DNA of 64,000 nucleotides from an uncultured Acidobacteriota bacterium (GTDB lineage Bacteria; Acidobacteriota; UBA6911): NCBI GenBank assembly GCA_963827655.1, contig CAWHCF010000049.1, positions 384,001 to 448,000 of the forward strand, read 5' to 3'. Shown piece by piece: positions 62,165 to 64,000 of this stretch (position 1 is its first letter; each line of letters starts with the position of its first letter). The notes under the pieces were generated by a model. It saw only the letters and a program-made list of their open reading frames with translations, ran no database searches and was not told where the DNA came from. The position numbers and the translations under genes were made by a program.

Positions 62165-62455
62165 GTGAGGATACGCAATTTTGTTCACAAGGGACTCAGG
62201 CGGTTCTATCTCGAGGGTGACTCCAAGGGCCTACCGCCCGAGGCGGTGGATAAATTGCGAAAGATCCTTGGGTTTCTCCAGGACATGGAAGACCCGGGTG
62301 AGCTGCGTTCGTTGCCATCATGGAAAGCCCATCAGATGAGCGGCGATCGCAAGGGTACCTGGAGTCTTTCGGTCACACGTAACTGGCGTCTGACCTTCCG
62401 GGTAGATGCTACAGAGAACGAAATCACGGATATGGATTATGAAGACTACCATTGA
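62165..62455 (+). CDS. higB: HigB-like (RelE/ParE superfamily) toxin
   Basis: IRNFVHKGLRRFY, WKAHQMSGDRKGTWSLSVTRNWRLTF, DYEDYH. Confidence 0.92.
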   Translation: MRIRNFVHKGLRRFYLEGDSKGLPPEAVDKLRKILGFLQDMEDPGELRSLPSWKAHQMSGDRKGTWSLSVTRNWRLTFRVDATENEITDMDYEDYH

Positions 62456-62474
62456 CGAGAAAACCAATCCGCGC

Positions 62475-62768
62475 ATGGCAAACCCGCCACACCCGGGTGA
62501 TTTCATCCGGACGGAGATTATCGAGGCACTCGAGCTGTCGGTGACGGCCGCGGCCAAGATCCTCAGGGTTTCGCGGCCGGCGCTATCGACTCTGCTTAAC
62601 GGCAGAGCGAATCTGTCCGGTGAAATGGCGCTCCGAGTAGAGAAGGCCTTCGGCGTGAAGATGGATACGCTCATGCGCATGCAGTCATCCTATGACATCG
62701 CCCGCACGCGGCGCGGCGCGAAGGCCATCAAGATTCGCCCTTATCAGCCCGAACATATTAGCGCCTGA
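62475..62768 (+). CDS. higA: HigA family antitoxin (start may be 62439)
   Basis: MANPPHPG, LSVTAAAKILRVSRPALSTLLNG, EMALRVEKAFG, MQSSYD; toxin-first order. Confidence 0.92.
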   Translation: MANPPHPGDFIRTEIIEALELSVTAAAKILRVSRPALSTLLNGRANLSGEMALRVEKAFGVKMDTLMRMQSSYDIARTRRGAKAIKIRPYQPEHISA

Positions 62769-62817
62769 TACTCGCTTTCCGCCAAACGCCGTTTGTCTAA
62801 AGTGTTGAAAACAAAGT

Positions 62818-62858
62818 GTGCCTGTAGCTCAGTTGGATAGAGCAATGGTTTCCTAAAC
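62818..62858 (+). pseudogene. 5' fragment of tRNA-Arg(CCT)
   Basis: GTGCCTGTAGCTCAGTTGGATAGAGCAATGGTTTCCTAAAC: acceptor 5' strand, D-arm and anticodon CCT (62852-62854); no GTTCGA T-arm or 3' acceptor strand follows. Confidence 0.8.
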
Positions 62859-62960
62859 GGATCCTCCAAAATCCAAGCCCTTGGAAATGACGATGCGATC
62901 GTTCCTTCGCGTCTTGATCATCCGAATACATTAGAGTTCATGATGAGAGCACCTGCCGAT

Positions 62961-64000
62961 CTACGGTGCATTCCCCAACTGCCGGAGTATCCCCGTCGCC
63001 CGCTCGCGCGTTGCTGCGTCCGAGCTGGACGCAGCTTTTTGAAGGTGCGGAACTGCGCCCCTCGAGTCGCCGACGGCTGCCAACGCCGAGCCTAATCCGA
63101 GATGCGCACGCGCAGATTCAGGCTTGATCCGAATGGCTTCGCGATAGCGCGGAACGGCATCCCGCGCTTGTCCCTTCGCCATCAGCAGATCTCCGAGGAG
63201 CTGGTGGGCATCCGCAAATTCGGGGTCGGCGCGCAACCCAGCCTCCAACTCGCGCTGCGCGTCGTCGTACCGGTTGGTCCGGCCGAGCAGCATTGCATAG
63301 TTGTACCGGGTGGCGGCATCACCGGGCCGGAGCCGTAGGGCGATTTCGAAATGCTCCCGTGCCTCACCCGAGTTACCTGCTCCCGAAAGAAGATTGGCCA
63401 GGTTGCCGTGCGCGTCCGCGTAATCAGGGCGAATCCGGATGGCTTCTCGAAAGGCCGACTCGGCGCGCACCTGAGCACCTCCCGCAAACCACATAATGCC
63501 CAGGTTGTTGTGGGCCTCGGGCAGATCCGGATCGCGCTCGAGAGCCTTTCCAATTGCGGTCACGGCATCCGTGCTTCTGCCCAGCGCCCGGTACGTCAGA
63601 CCCAGTTCGTGCCATATCAAGGCGTCCCCGGGCGCAATTGAAGCAGCCCGCTCTAAGACTTCCGCCGCTTCCGGGTATTGCCCAGACCGCCGCAACGCGG
63701 TGCCGAGTTTCTGTAATCCAACTGTGAACTTCGAATTTCGGCGCACAGCCTCGCGGTACATCGGCAAAGCTTTGGCCAACTGCCCGTTACTTTGCAGCGC
63801 CTCGGCGAGTTCCAGATAAAATTCCGCCCGCTGTGGCGAATACTTGGCGATTGCCTTCGTGAGTTGCGCGATACCCTCCCTCAGATTGCTCCCCTGTTTC
63901 ACCTGCGCGACGGCGAGATACAGCTCGTTTTCCGGTGTATGAGGCAGCTTTTCGGGATAGTACAAAACCACCGGACCACGATATGCGTTGGCGCCCGTCT
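62961..64000 (-). CDS. Tetratricopeptide repeat protein (5'-partial)
   Basis: Multiple TPR units such as PDLPEAHNNLG, PDYADAHGNLA, PEFADAHQLLG. Confidence 0.9.
   Translation of the reverse strand, partial: TGANAYRGPVVLYYPEKLPHTPENELYLAVAQVKQGSNLREGIAQLTKAIAKYSPQRAEFYLELAEALQSNGQLAKALPMYREAVRRNSKFTVGLQKLGTALRRSGQYPEAAEVLERAASIAPGDALIWHELGLTYRALGRSTDAVTAIGKALERDPDLPEAHNNLGIMWFAGGAQVRAESAFREAIRIRPDYADAHGNLANLLSGAGNSGEAREHFEIALRLRPGDAATRYNYAMLLGRTNRYDDAQRELEAGLRADPEFADAHQLLGDLLMAKGQARDAVPRYREAIRIKPESARAHLGLGSALAAVGDSRGAVPHLQKAASSSDAATRERATGILRQLGNAP

Noticed and set aside
37771-62858. Functional link between the colicin D-like tRNA-Arg nuclease and the tRNA-Arg fragment (decoy idea)
   Set aside because: About 23 kb apart with unrelated genes between; an integration scar explains the fragment more simply, and the toxin's tRNA specificity is unknown.
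62818-62960. Intact or intron-containing tRNA-Arg
   Set aside because: No T-arm or 3' acceptor strand, and no room or core motifs for a group I intron before the TPR gene.

Overview
GC-rich bacterial window, most consistent with an Acidobacteriota-like genome (inferred from two carboxypeptidase-domain TonB receptors, PQQ propeller, DUF3500, heme c/Cu-monooxygenase-like and heparinase-like genes). Many single-base frameshifts, several in homopolymers, suggest an imperfectly polished long-read assembly. Housekeeping and metabolic content: acyP-apt, rsgA, a tandem tmk-like pair, panB-panC-coaX, a sarcosine-oxidase-like operon in D-A-G-B order and several carbohydrate-active enzymes. Best candidates for new biology: (1) a lower-GC two-gene cassette at 2.1-4.8 kb encoding a triple TIR/TIR-like/NDT-like protein and an NDT-like + TPR (DUF4071/ASK1-like) protein, convergent on a membrane-anchored patatin, a possible nucleotide-signalling defence system; (2) a polymorphic toxin with an eCIS-like N-terminus, PT-TG motif, 14 x 12-aa helical repeats and a colicin-D-like tRNase tip, plus an immunity candidate unlike ImmD; (3) a c-di-AMP riboswitch ahead of a flotillin/SPFH gene; (4) three 233-bp MITE copies with TAA target duplications, one replacing the coaX C-terminus; (5) a decayed island end with an Hjc-like remnant, higBA and a 5' tRNA-Arg fragment; (6) several dispersed intergenic repeat families. 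No CRISPR array, rRNA or complete tRNA was seen. All family assignments are from motif recognition by eye; no database searches were run.
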